Assembly (NCBI GenBank): GCA_963657005.1
Contig: CAVKLC010000001.1
Coordinates: 45,081-109,080 of the forward strand
DNA from: a bacterium
GTDB lineage: Bacteria > Bacillota > Clostridia > Oscillospirales > Acutalibacteraceae
Reading direction: 5' to 3'
DNA length: 64,000 bases
In this document: positions 37,599 to 47,760 of the stretch, one piece after another
How positions within the stretch are numbered: position 1 is the first letter of the stretch
Layout: each line of letters starts with the position of its first letter
Notes under the pieces: generated by a model
Database searches by the model: none
What the model saw: only the letters and a program-made list of their open reading frames with translations
What the model was told of the DNA's origin: nothing
Translations under genes and position numbers: made by a program

Positions 37599-38598
37599 AA
37601 TTTTCTCCTTTCAATTTTGGGTTCATAATATAATCAAGCGGCTTTTGCCAAAAATCTAAGCACAGCAAAGCGGTGATCAGGAACACGAGCGCAAGCGCAA
37701 CCCATTCCCAGCCCAGTCCGATTTTGCGAATGAGATAAAACAAACCCGCATTTTCCATAATATAAAGAATCGGTCGGTGATAGACATAAATTTGAAGCGT
37801 TTTTGAGCCGTACTTTGTTATTTTAATCTCTTTCCTTGGGCAAAGAGAAATGATTGAAAAAACAAGAAGCGAAACGATGACAAAATAAGCAAGGCGAAGC
37901 AGTGCGCCGAAATCTTCAATACTGTCATCAAGTGCAAAATACTTTCTTCTTCCGCTAAGGAGCGGGAAAAGATTTTTGTTATCGCTAACAGTTAATGTAA
38001 CGATTAAAACAAAAAGTGCAAAATAAACGGCTGAAAAAATCTTTGCGCTCTTTTTTGAAGTTACTTCATTAACTTTATCGGCATCAAGCACATAGCCGAC
38101 ATAGAAAAACGGGAAAAATGTAACAAGGCGGAGAATACAAAGAAAATCTGTATCACCCCTCATATATCCTGCAAAGCAGGCGATGACAACGCTTGTGATA
38201 AAAACATATTTTGTATCGACCTTGCGAAGCGCCCAAACGATAAGATACCAAAGCGCCATTGCCATCATATACCACGGCACATCTTTTGCCGAAAAAATGT
38301 CAAAATACGAATGAACGCCGAATATTATATTTGAAAAATAATTCAGTATTCTCAAAAAGAAATAAAGCATTAAAAAAGAAAATGATTTTTTTATCGGCAC
38401 TTTTTCGCTGTTTATTGAATGTTTTGAAAAAAGGCCGCTGACAAAAACAAATGCCGGCATATGGAATGTGTAAATAACCATTGTCATTGTGCAAAACATC
38501 CTGCTTGAATCAAAATACTGCAAAGTAAGATGACCGAGCACAACCAAAAATATCAAAAAAAGCTTTAAATTATCCCAAAGTGAAATTCTTTTACCCAT
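37582..38598 (-). CDS. Acyltransferase family 3 (membrane O-acyltransferase)
   Basis: RISLWDNLK...LVVLGH, IYTFHMPAFVFVSG, PWY, multiple TM helices, IYVYH. Confidence 0.88.
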   Translation of the reverse strand: MGKRISLWDNLKLFLIFLVVLGHLTLQYFDSSRMFCTMTMVIYTFHMPAFVFVSGLFSKHSINSEKVPIKKSFSFLMLYFFLRILNYFSNIIFGVHSYFDIFSAKDVPWYMMAMALWYLIVWALRKVDTKYVFITSVVIACFAGYMRGDTDFLCILRLVTFFPFFYVGYVLDADKVNEVTSKKSAKIFSAVYFALFVLIVTLTVSDNKNLFPLLSGRRKYFALDDSIEDFGALLRLAYFVIVSLLVFSIISLCPRKEIKITKYGSKTLQIYVYHRPILYIMENAGLFYLIRKIGLGWEWVALALVFLITALLCLDFWQKPLDYIMNPKLKGENYAASK

Positions 38599-38779
38599 TT
38601 TAAACCCCAAAAACAAAAATAGTATCTAATATATAAATTAATTTAGCACATAATATGTCTATTTTCAATAATTATATTTTAAATATATGATTTTATATTG
38701 AATATTTTTTAAAATTATGTAATAATAAAATGTATTTTTAATATGGAATCTTATACATATAGGTGAAAAGGGTGAAAAA

Positions 38780-40441
38780 ATGATGAATTTTGACGAACTT
38801 GCAAGTTTACTTTTTCCAAATATAGACAAAACACCTGAATATTACGAAGAAAAATATCCGCCGAGGAATCTTAAAGAGGGTGCGAGGGTTACCCGTTTTG
38901 CACCAAGTCCTACGGGATATCTTCACTTTGGTAATCTTTATACCTGCTTTGCTTCATACTTGACTGCAAAGAATACAGACGGTGTATTTTTTGTAAGAGT
39001 TGAAGATACCGACCAAAAGAGAAAAGTTGACGGCGCAGTTAACGCAATGCTCAAAGGTCTTGAAGTTTACGGTATCAAAGCTGACGAGGGTGTAATTGCC
39101 GAGGGCGAAGAAATCGGCGAATACGGTCCTTACTACCAAAGCGCAAGAAAAGAAATTTACCAAACATATGCCAAAAAGCTTGTAAAAGACGGTCTTGCTT
39201 ACCCTTGCTTCTGCACTGCCGAGGAGATTGACGAAATCAGAGCACAGCAGGAACACGAGGACATAAAAGGCTACTGGGGCAAATACGCTAAGTGCCGCGA
39301 CCTCAGTTTTGACGAAATAAAGGCTAATATTGAAAAAGGTATGCCGTGGACATTAAGGCTCAAAGCGCCGGGCGATATCGAAAAGAAATGCTACTTTGAC
39401 GATATGATTAAAGGCAAGATTGAAATGCCTGAAAATGTGATTGATGTAGTCCTTTTAAAAACGGACGGCATCCCGACTTACCACTTTGCACACGCTGTTG
39501 ACGACCATCTTATGAGAACAACTCATGTTACGAGAGGTGACGAATGGATAGCTTCCGTTCCGCTTCATCTTCAGCTTTTCAAGGTTCTCGGTTTTAAACC
39601 GGTTAAGTATGCTCATGTTGCCCCTATTATGAAAGAGGAAAACGGCGGCAAGCGCAAGCTTTCAAAGCGTAAAGACCCTGAAGCGGCAGTTTCATATTAT
39701 TCTGAGGTTGGCTTCCCTGCCGATTCGGTTAACGAATATATGATGACTATTTTAAACTCTAATTTTGAAGATTGGAGGAGAGCGAACACTGACGCAAAGG
39801 TTACCGATTTTTCGTTTAATCTTAAAAAGATGAGTGCGTCGGGTGCTCTTTTTGATATAGTTAAGCTTACCGACATTTCAAAAAATGTTATCAGCAAGAT
39901 GAAAGCCGAAAAAGTATTTACCCTTTCAAACGAATGGGCAAAGGAATATAATGAAAAGCTTGCAGGCCTTTATGCTGAGGATGAAAAGTATGCTGCCGAC
40001 ATTCTTAACATTGACCGTGAAAACAAGAAGCCGAGAAAAGATATTGCAAAATGGTCGGACATTCCCGATTACATCAGCTATATGTACGACGAAACATTTA
40101 CTCCTTGCTATGACCTTTGCGGCAATGCGACAAACGAACTTGCAGTTGATGTTTTAGAAAAATATACAGATGTTGTTAACTTAGATGATGACAAGGACAC
40201 TTGGTTTGCGAGAATTAAAGATATCTGCGCTCCTTGCGGATGTACACCTAATGTTAAGGAATATAAGCAAAACCCTGAAAACTTTAAGGGTCATGTGGGT
40301 GATGTGTCAACAATTATCCGTGTTGCGCTTACAGGCAGGACAAACACACCGGACCTTTATTCTATCACCGCACTTTTGGGTGAAGAAAGAGTTAAAAACA
40401 GGCTTAACAAAGCACTTGAATATTATAAGGAGAATAAATAA
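38780..40441 (+). CDS. gltX: Glutamate--tRNA ligase
   Basis: TRFAPSPTGYLHFGN, RVEDTD, YPCFC, DGIPTYH, THVTRGDEW, KLSKR. Confidence 0.96.
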   Translation: MMNFDELASLLFPNIDKTPEYYEEKYPPRNLKEGARVTRFAPSPTGYLHFGNLYTCFASYLTAKNTDGVFFVRVEDTDQKRKVDGAVNAMLKGLEVYGIKADEGVIAEGEEIGEYGPYYQSARKEIYQTYAKKLVKDGLAYPCFCTAEEIDEIRAQQEHEDIKGYWGKYAKCRDLSFDEIKANIEKGMPWTLRLKAPGDIEKKCYFDDMIKGKIEMPENVIDVVLLKTDGIPTYHFAHAVDDHLMRTTHVTRGDEWIASVPLHLQLFKVLGFKPVKYAHVAPIMKEENGGKRKLSKRKDPEAAVSYYSEVGFPADSVNEYMMTILNSNFEDWRRANTDAKVTDFSFNLKKMSASGALFDIVKLTDISKNVISKMKAEKVFTLSNEWAKEYNEKLAGLYAEDEKYAADILNIDRENKKPRKDIAKWSDIPDYISYMYDETFTPCYDLCGNATNELAVDVLEKYTDVVNLDDDKDTWFARIKDICAPCGCTPNVKEYKQNPENFKGHVGDVSTIIRVALTGRTNTPDLYSITALLGEERVKNRLNKALEYYKENK

Positions 40442-42123
40442 TGGCTGAAATTGAAAACAACGAAGAAATAAAAGCACCGTCAAATTTCATTCACGATTTT
40501 ATTGACGAAGATTTAGCGCAGGGAAAGTACAGCAAGATTCAAACCCGTTTCCCTCCTGAGCCAAACGGTTATCTTCATATAGGTCACGCAAAGGCTATAT
40601 GCATTAATTTCGGCGTTAAGCAAAAGTATAACGGCATTTGCAACCTCAGACTTGACGACACAAACCCTATTAAGGAAGACACCGAATATGTTGACGCTAT
40701 TATGGAGGACATTAAGTGGCTCGGCTTTGACTGGGACAATGTTTACTATGCGTCAGATTATTTTGACTTCTTATATGAATGTGCAATTAAGCTTATCAAA
40801 AAGGGCAAAGCTTATGTTTGCGAGCTTACACCTGAGCAAATGAGAGAGTACCGCGGCACTCTTACCGAGCCGGGTAAGAATTCGCCATACCGTGACAGAA
40901 GTATTGAGGAAAACCTTGACCTTTTTGACAGAATGACAAAGGGTGAATTTGAAGAGGGCAAAATGGTACTTCGTGCAAAGATTGATATGGCATCATCTAA
41001 CATAAATATGCGTGACCCTATCATTTACAGAATTATGTTTGCTCACCACCACAGAACGGGCGACAAATGGTGCGTATATCCGATGTACGACTTTGCTCAT
41101 CCTCTTTCCGACGCTTACGAGGGTGTAACCCATTCGCTTTGCTCGCTTGAATTTGAAAATCACAGACCGCTTTACAATTGGTTTGTTGATGAACTTATTG
41201 AGGGTGAAAAGCCAAGGCAGATTGAATTTGCAAGAATGAACCTCAACTACACTCTCACATCTAAGCGAAAGTGCTTAAAGCTTGTTCAGGACAATATCGT
41301 ATCCGGCTGGGACGACCCAAGAATGGCAACTATCAGCGGTATGAGAAGAAGGGGTTATCCTGCTGCGGCTATCCGCGATTTTTGCGAAAGAATCGGTGTG
41401 TCAAAGGCATACAGCGTTATTGACTTTGCGCTTCTTGAAGCTTGCGTAAGGGATAATCTCGGTGCTAACTCACCGAGAGCTATGGCAGTTATTGACCCTG
41501 TTAAGCTTGTTATTGACAATTACCCTGAAGATAAGATTGAAGAAATTGAATGTGAATATCATCCTGACCACCCTGAATACGGCAAGAGGACTATTCCGTT
41601 TAGCAAGGAACTTTGGATAGAGAAAAACGACTTTATGGTTGAGCCGATTAAGAAGTACAGAAGACTTTATGTAGGCAATGAAGTAAGGCTTTACAAAGCA
41701 TATTATGTAACCTGCACTGGCTATGACCTTGACGAAAACGGTGAAGTTTGCTGTGTTCACGCAACATACGACCCTGAAACTTTCGGCGGTGACTCACCTG
41801 ACGGAAGAAAAGTTAAAGGTACTATTCACTGGGTATCGGCTAAGGAAAATGTACCTTGCGAAGTTCGTCTTTATGAAAGACTTTTCAATGTTCCTAACCC
41901 GAGCGACGAGGAGGGCGTAAGCTCATTTGAGGACAACCTCAACCCTGATTCGCTCAAAGTTGTAAGCTGTTATGTTGAAAAGGCGCTCGAAAAATGTGAA
42001 GTCGGCGCCAAGTACCAGTTTATGAGAAACGGCTACTTCTGCAAGGATAAAGATTCAACAGACGATAAGCCTGTATTTAACAGAACAGTTGCACTGCGTG
42101 ACAGTTTTAAAATTACAAAATAA
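40441..42123 (+). CDS. glnS: Glutamine--tRNA ligase
   Basis: TRFPPEPNGYLHIGH, YPMYDFAH, THSLCSLEF, TSKRK, GWDDPR, KVKGTIHWV. Confidence 0.97.
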   Translation: MAEIENNEEIKAPSNFIHDFIDEDLAQGKYSKIQTRFPPEPNGYLHIGHAKAICINFGVKQKYNGICNLRLDDTNPIKEDTEYVDAIMEDIKWLGFDWDNVYYASDYFDFLYECAIKLIKKGKAYVCELTPEQMREYRGTLTEPGKNSPYRDRSIEENLDLFDRMTKGEFEEGKMVLRAKIDMASSNINMRDPIIYRIMFAHHHRTGDKWCVYPMYDFAHPLSDAYEGVTHSLCSLEFENHRPLYNWFVDELIEGEKPRQIEFARMNLNYTLTSKRKCLKLVQDNIVSGWDDPRMATISGMRRRGYPAAAIRDFCERIGVSKAYSVIDFALLEACVRDNLGANSPRAMAVIDPVKLVIDNYPEDKIEEIECEYHPDHPEYGKRTIPFSKELWIEKNDFMVEPIKKYRRLYVGNEVRLYKAYYVTCTGYDLDENGEVCCVHATYDPETFGGDSPDGRKVKGTIHWVSAKENVPCEVRLYERLFNVPNPSDEEGVSSFEDNLNPDSLKVVSCYVEKALEKCEVGAKYQFMRNGYFCKDKDSTDDKPVFNRTVALRDSFKITK

Positions 42124-42153
42124 CGCACGAAATTTATTAGTAAGGTGATTTAA

Positions 42154-43977
42154 TTGAGTACAAGAAAAGACATAAAAAATATAGCAATCATTGCCCATGT
42201 TGACCACGGCAAGACCACTCTTGTTGACGAGATGCTTCATCAAAGCGGTATCTTTCGTGACAACGAGGCAGTGCAGGAAAGAGTAATGGACTCCAACGAC
42301 CTTGAAAAGGAGCGCGGCATTACAATTCTTTCAAAAAACACATCTATCCACTATAAAGACACAAAAATCAACATCGTTGACACTCCGGGTCACGCCGATT
42401 TCGGCGGCGAAGTTGAGCGTATACTCACTATGGTTGACGGCGTACTTCTTGTTGTTGACGCATTTGAGGGTTGTATGCCTCAGACCCGTTTTGTGCTTAA
42501 AAAGGCATTGGGTCTTAAAAAGACTCCCCTTGTTGTTGTTAACAAGATTGACCGTGACGGCGCAAGACCTAAGGAAGTTATCGACGAAGTGCTTGACCTT
42601 TTCATTGAGCTTGGCGCTGACGATGACCAGATTGATTTCCCTGTTGTTTACGCTTCTGCAAGGGACGGTTATTCAAGCCTTGACCCTGATGTAAGAGAGG
42701 GCGATATGCGTCCGCTTCTTGACGCTATTCTTGAATACATACCATCCCCTACCGGCGACCCTGACGGTCCTGCTCAAATTCTTTTCTCATCGCTTGAGTA
42801 TGACGATTATGTTGGCAGAATCGGTGTCGGCAGAGTTGAGAGAGGTACGGTTAAAGTTAACTCTCCTTATGTTCTTTGCAGGCAGGACGGAACTCAGAAA
42901 AATGTAAAGTTTTCTAAAATTTATCAGTTTGAGGGTCTTAAAAGAGTTGACTGCAACGAGGCTGAATTCGGCGACATCATCTGCGTTGCGGGTATTGCAG
43001 ACCTTAACATCGGTGAAACAGCTTGCGACCCTGACTGCATCGAGCCGCTTCCTTTCGTAAAAATTGACGAGCCTACAATTTCTATGAACTTTATGGTTAA
43101 CGATTCACCGTTTGCAGGCAAAGAGGGCAAGTATGTTACCTCCCGTAATCTTCGTGACCGTTTGTTTAAAGAAGTTGAAACCAATGTATCTATGAGAGTT
43201 GAAGAAACAGATTCTATGGACACATTCAAGGTATCGGGCAGAGGTGAACTTCACCTTTCAATTCTTATTGAAACTATGCGCCGTGAAAACTATGAATTCC
43301 AAGTTTCACGCCCGCAGGTTATCCTTAAAAAGGATGAAAACGGCAGAACCCTTGAACCTATGGAGCTTGCCATTATTGAAGTGCCGGAGGAATATGTCGG
43401 CAATGTTATGCAAAAGCTTTGCTCTCGTAAGGGTGAAATTGAAAATATGGACACCCGTTCAACCGGTATGACACACCTTGAAATTAAAATTCCGTCAAGA
43501 GGTCTTATCGGCTACCGTTCCGAGTTTTTGACAGACACCAACGGCAACGGTATTATGAACCAGCTCTTTGCCGGATACGAGGAATATAAGGGTGAAATTG
43601 AAACAAGGGACAGAGGTTCTATCGTAGTTCACGAAACAGGTACAACCACCGGCTACGGTCTTTGGAACACTCAAGACAGAGGTCGTCTTTTCGTAGGTCC
43701 GGGTGTTGAAGTTTACGAGGGTATGATTGTAGGCGAATGTGCTAAGGACGAAGACATCGTTTGCAATGTTTGTAAGAAAAAGCATGTTACAAACACTCGT
43801 GCAAGCGGTTCAGACGAAGCGCTCAAGCTCGTTCCTCCTACCACACTTTCACTTGAACAGAGTATGGAATTCCTTGCAGACGACGAACTTTTGGAAGTTA
43901 CACCAAAATCAATTCGTTTGAGAAAAACCATTCTTGATAAATCTCTCAGACTTAAAGCCGAGAGCAGGAAGAAATAA
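42154..43977 (+). CDS. typA: Translational GTPase TypA/BipA
   Basis: AHVDHGKTT, ERGITI, DTPGHADFGGEVER, NKID, GRGELHL, EVTPKSIRLRK. Confidence 0.97.
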   Translation: MSTRKDIKNIAIIAHVDHGKTTLVDEMLHQSGIFRDNEAVQERVMDSNDLEKERGITILSKNTSIHYKDTKINIVDTPGHADFGGEVERILTMVDGVLLVVDAFEGCMPQTRFVLKKALGLKKTPLVVVNKIDRDGARPKEVIDEVLDLFIELGADDDQIDFPVVYASARDGYSSLDPDVREGDMRPLLDAILEYIPSPTGDPDGPAQILFSSLEYDDYVGRIGVGRVERGTVKVNSPYVLCRQDGTQKNVKFSKIYQFEGLKRVDCNEAEFGDIICVAGIADLNIGETACDPDCIEPLPFVKIDEPTISMNFMVNDSPFAGKEGKYVTSRNLRDRLFKEVETNVSMRVEETDSMDTFKVSGRGELHLSILIETMRRENYEFQVSRPQVILKKDENGRTLEPMELAIIEVPEEYVGNVMQKLCSRKGEIENMDTRSTGMTHLEIKIPSRGLIGYRSEFLTDTNGNGIMNQLFAGYEEYKGEIETRDRGSIVVHETGTTTGYGLWNTQDRGRLFVGPGVEVYEGMIVGECAKDEDIVCNVCKKKHVTNTRASGSDEALKLVPPTTLSLEQSMEFLADDELLEVTPKSIRLRKTILDKSLRLKAESRKK

Positions 43978-44031
43978 GCAAATTTACATCGCACGGCTTT
44001 TCCTAATAGAAAGGCTTATACATCTGATTTT

Positions 44032-44062
44032 CCACCGACTGTTTTGGTCGGTGGTTTTTATT
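44032..44062 (+). terminator. Intrinsic terminator
   Basis: CCACCGACT-gttt-TGGTCGGTGG followed by TTTTTATTT. Confidence 0.8.
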
Positions 44063-44144
44063 TACAAATTAGATAAATATTACATATTGTTTCAATATAA
44101 TATATTTGTTATAATATAATAAATTAATTATTAAGGTGGTTTGT

Positions 44145-45545
44145 ATGAAAAAAACTATATCTGTTCTTTTATCGTTTATATTAATCGTAACATCAACATT
44201 TTGTTTTAGCTTCACCGCTTCGGCTGACGACGAAGTATTTACATATGACGAAGCAACAAAAACATTAACAGTAGATGTTAAAGGCACTGTGTATCAGGCT
44301 CAGATTGACGAGCTTGAATACACGGATGAAATTGAAAGAGTAAATGTGCAAAAGAATGTTACAGAGCTCGATCTCGGCGCATTTGCTTCCCTTTCTTCGC
44401 TTAAAAAGCTCGTTGTTTTAAACCCTGACTGTGTTTTTAACAATAACGGTGTATTAAAAAAAGGCGCTGATGTGACAATTTATTCTACCGACAACTCCAC
44501 TGCTCAAACTCATGCAAATCAACACGAATATAAATTTTTGCACATCTATTTCATTTCATTTACAATATTCACAACCACAACAGTAGTAAACGCTTTGGAA
44601 GATTATTCGGTTGACGACTTGCTTAAAGAAGCACCTAAATTTACATTTACAGATGTAATACACAGTGACACAGGTTATGACACTTATTGCAAGTGGAAGC
44701 CTGATGTTGTCGCTCCTAAAGATTCAAAAATTTCTTCATACACTCAGGAAATTGTCAACAATGCAAAATGTGAAGATAATTTAAAACCTGAGCCTACGAT
44801 TACGGAAGCGACCTGCACCGAAGACGGTAAAAGAGAAGAAATTTGTGCTTTATGCGGCAGAGTGGTTAAAACAACAATTATCCCTGCAAAGGGTCACGAT
44901 TTCGGCGATAATAATGAGCTTGAATATTGTAAAAATTGCAATGAGAAAAATACTAAGCCGACAACTACAACCGAACCGACCTCTGAAACAGAGCCAACAA
45001 CCTCAACTACCGTAACACAGCCAAGCACTGCCGTTTCAACAACTCAGACACCCACAAGTGAAACAACCACGGCTGCAACCGCAATTTCAACAACCGTGGC
45101 ACCAAGCAGTGAACCTGTTACAACCACTGCACCTACTGCCACAACCGCGGCAAGCACCGAGCCTCAAACATCTGCCTCAGCAACACAAACCACTAAAAAT
45201 TCAATCACAACAAAGAAACAAACCACAACAAAAAAAGCAAATAAAACTGTTAAAAAGCCTAAAAACACCAAAATCAAGAAATTAACTTCTAAAAAAGCAA
45301 ATCTTACAATCACATGGTCTAAAGTAAGCGGTGTCAAAGGTTATCAAATTCAAGTTGCCACTGACAAAAAATTTAAGAAAAACAAGAAAACCGTTACAGT
45401 AAAAAAGCAAAAAAACACAAAAACAACAATAAAAAAGCTTAAATCCAAGAAAAAATATTATGTAAGAATTCGTACATATAAAACTTCAAACGGCAAGAAA
45501 ATATACTCATCTTGGTCAAAGGCAAAAACAATTAAAATCAAATAG
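44145..45545 (+). CDS. Secreted protein with LRR-cap-like region, Cys/His motifs, Thr-rich linker and Lys-rich FN3-like C-terminal module
   Basis: Signal peptide; AFASLSSLKKL; ATCTEDG...CALCG...GHDF...[18 protein letters not shown]...YYVRIRTYK...YSSWS. Confidence 0.85.
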   Translation: MKKTISVLLSFILIVTSTFCFSFTASADDEVFTYDEATKTLTVDVKGTVYQAQIDELEYTDEIERVNVQKNVTELDLGAFASLSSLKKLVVLNPDCVFNNNGVLKKGADVTIYSTDNSTAQTHANQHEYKFLHIYFISFTIFTTTTVVNALEDYSVDDLLKEAPKFTFTDVIHSDTGYDTYCKWKPDVVAPKDSKISSYTQEIVNNAKCEDNLKPEPTITEATCTEDGKREEICALCGRVVKTTIIPAKGHDFGDNNELEYCKNCNEKNTKPTTTTEPTSETEPTTSTTVTQPSTAVSTTQTPTSETTTAATAISTTVAPSSEPVTTTAPTATTAASTEPQTSASATQTTKNSITTKKQTTTKKANKTVKKPKNTKIKKLTSKKANLTITWSKVSGVKGYQIQVATDKKFKKNKKTVTVKKQKNTKTTIKKLKSKKKYYVRIRTYKTSNGKKIYSSWSKAKTIKIK

Positions 45546-45548
45546 CAC

Positions 45549-45585
45549 AAAAGGAGAACCATTAAACGGTTCTCCTTTTTATTTT
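45549..45585. terminator. Bidirectional intrinsic terminator
   Basis: AAAAGGAGAACC-attaaac-GGTTCTCCTTTT. Confidence 0.8.
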
Positions 45586-45591
45586 AATATA

Positions 45592-47646
45592 TTACCTTTC
45601 AATCATTCTTGCAACTATAACCGACATATCATCGCGGTGCTTTTCGTCGCTTTTGTCTAATGCAATTTGCAAAATCGCCTTTGCCTTATCGGTCGGGTCA
45701 AGGTCGGTATCAAGGCTCAAAAATTCTTCAAGCCAAGTTTCACTCGTGTCGGTTATGCCGTCGCTCATCATAATGATTTCGTCGCCCGTATTTAGCACCG
45801 TTGTACGCTTCGCAAACTCGACCCCACGCAAAATGCCTGCCGGCATAGAAGTAAGTTCACACTTTGTGACCCTATTGTTTTTAACAATATAGGAGCGTGG
45901 CGCACCGGCTTTGTAGAACTCGCACTTACCGCTGAAAAGGTCAACACGAACGCAGTCAAGGGTAGCAAGGCTTTCCTCGTGGCTTTTGACAAGGAGTGCA
46001 CTGTTGACAACCTTTAGCGACGAATCAAAGCCGAAACCTGCACAAAGAAGCTTTGACAAAAGACCTGCGCCCATTGCTCCGTCAAGCGCCGCCCTGCTAC
46101 CCTTACCCATTCCGTCGCTGATAATAAAAATCATATGACCACGGGAGTCATTAATCGTTTTTATCGTATCGCCGCACAAATTACCCTCGGCGCAGTATTG
46201 GGAAAAGCCGACGCACATTTTGAAATTAGGTTTTTCCATAAAGGAAATCATTGTGCCGGCAGAAGAAATATTTATTTTGCCGCGTTCAAATTCACGCTTG
46301 CAAATTTTGCACATTTCGTTTGTAAGGCGAGGATTATCAAGCCCTTTTGTGTCGCTCGGAGCGAGAATTTCTATCCTCGTGCGGTCATACTTGTCCACCA
46401 CCACGGAAATATTTTCGGGAAAAATATCGTATTCGCCGAGTATACGCCTAATCTTACCTGCCGATTTAAAATCAAAACTTTCCGCCTCGTCAAATTCAAA
46501 TGCCAAATCGGAAAGCATATCGGAAATAGAAAAGAATTGGTCAGATGCCACCATTCGTATTTCGCTTTCATTTGGGTCAACAACCGACAGAGAATTAATC
46601 TTTTCCCTCACATCCCTGACGCTTTCGCTGACCTGTGCCAAAGCCGAGGAAGCAAAACGCAGGCGCACAACAAGGCTCTGCCTTAAACTGCCCTCAGGCG
46701 CAATATCCGCTCCGCTTTCCCACAAATCTGTCATCTTTGAAGTGACAACATTCGGAAGCAGGCAAAGAATTATGCCCGCAATAAAACTTTCGGCAACAGA
46801 GCAAACGGAAAAAGCGCCGAGGTCTGCCGAAACGGCGAAAAATGCCATAGAAAGAGTGAACGCAAGCGAAATTGCAAGGCTTGAAAACGAAGTGAACAAA
46901 CTGCATAGAAGCGAAGAAAACGCATAAGCGCCGAGGAGGAAAAGTCCGTTTTCCTTTGTTATCCCGAGTGCAAAACCGAGGCAAAGCGAAATTATAAGAG
47001 CAAAACGCTGAGAGCCGAATCGAACGGTGCTCAAAATGACGAGCACAGCCACAATTCTTGCAAAAGATATGCCACCGACTTCAATAAAAGAAAGAGAAGA
47101 TAAAACTATTGAAGCCGAAGCCAAAACGCAGGTTAAATCTGTTACGGGCAGAGCCTTTAGCTTGAGCCTTTTTAAACTGCAATTAGCCGCGCGGTAAAAG
47201 AAGAAAGTACAGCCGAGCGCAAGTATCGCTTCGCCGAGAGTAACCGCATATTCGTCAAAAATCGCCCTGCTCCTTACATTCATAACAATTCCTGTTGAAA
47301 AAACGCTCAGGCAGGAAATGAGCATAGTTAAAAAAGTTTCTCTTTTAACCTTAAAAAATATTAATGCAAATGTGCCGAGTGTACAAATAAAAACGGAGCT
47401 TATGTACCTAACTGCGTCACTCTCGGGGCAAAAAACAATATATCCGAGCGCAGAACCGACAGTTGCGAAAAGCAAATTCGTTTTGCTCGACACTGCGATT
47501 AGCGAAACGGCAAAAGGTGCGCATCCGCCAACAACACTTGAGCGGCAGAGGAAAAATGCGACCAAGCCCCAAAGCGTGCGCCTTGCCCATTTTGATATAT
47601 TTTTTATCTCTTTTTTAGGTATTTTTATTTTATCTTTTACAGTCAT
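45592..47646 (-). CDS. spoIIE: Stage II sporulation protein E (multi-TM plus PP2C phosphatase), shortened central region
   Basis: About 10 TM helices; CGD, ISDGMGKG, ATLD, KAGA, MSDGI, DDMSV PP2C motifs. Confidence 0.85.
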   Translation of the reverse strand: MTVKDKIKIPKKEIKNISKWARRTLWGLVAFFLCRSSVVGGCAPFAVSLIAVSSKTNLLFATVGSALGYIVFCPESDAVRYISSVFICTLGTFALIFFKVKRETFLTMLISCLSVFSTGIVMNVRSRAIFDEYAVTLGEAILALGCTFFFYRAANCSLKRLKLKALPVTDLTCVLASASIVLSSLSFIEVGGISFARIVAVLVILSTVRFGSQRFALIISLCLGFALGITKENGLFLLGAYAFSSLLCSLFTSFSSLAISLAFTLSMAFFAVSADLGAFSVCSVAESFIAGIILCLLPNVVTSKMTDLWESGADIAPEGSLRQSLVVRLRFASSALAQVSESVRDVREKINSLSVVDPNESEIRMVASDQFFSISDMLSDLAFEFDEAESFDFKSAGKIRRILGEYDIFPENISVVVDKYDRTRIEILAPSDTKGLDNPRLTNEMCKICKREFERGKINISSAGTMISFMEKPNFKMCVGFSQYCAEGNLCGDTIKTINDSRGHMIFIISDGMGKGSRAALDGAMGAGLLSKLLCAGFGFDSSLKVVNSALLVKSHEESLATLDCVRVDLFSGKCEFYKAGAPRSYIVKNNRVTKCELTSMPAGILRGVEFAKRTTVLNTGDEIIMMSDGITDTSETWLEEFLSLDTDLDPTDKAKAILQIALDKSDEKHRDDMSVIVARMIER

Positions 47647-47760
47647 TTTTACACTTCCCACAGTGCATTATAAATTAAAGAGATTAAAAATTCTGTAAAA
47701 AGGAAAAAAGAAAAAGCTGTCAGTTAAAACCGACAGCCGTAGTTTTTTATCAATAAGTGT

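Noticed and set aside
38617..38779. Possible T-box leader before gltX-glnS
   Set aside because: Short, very AT-rich, no GGTGGNACCGCG motif or terminator.
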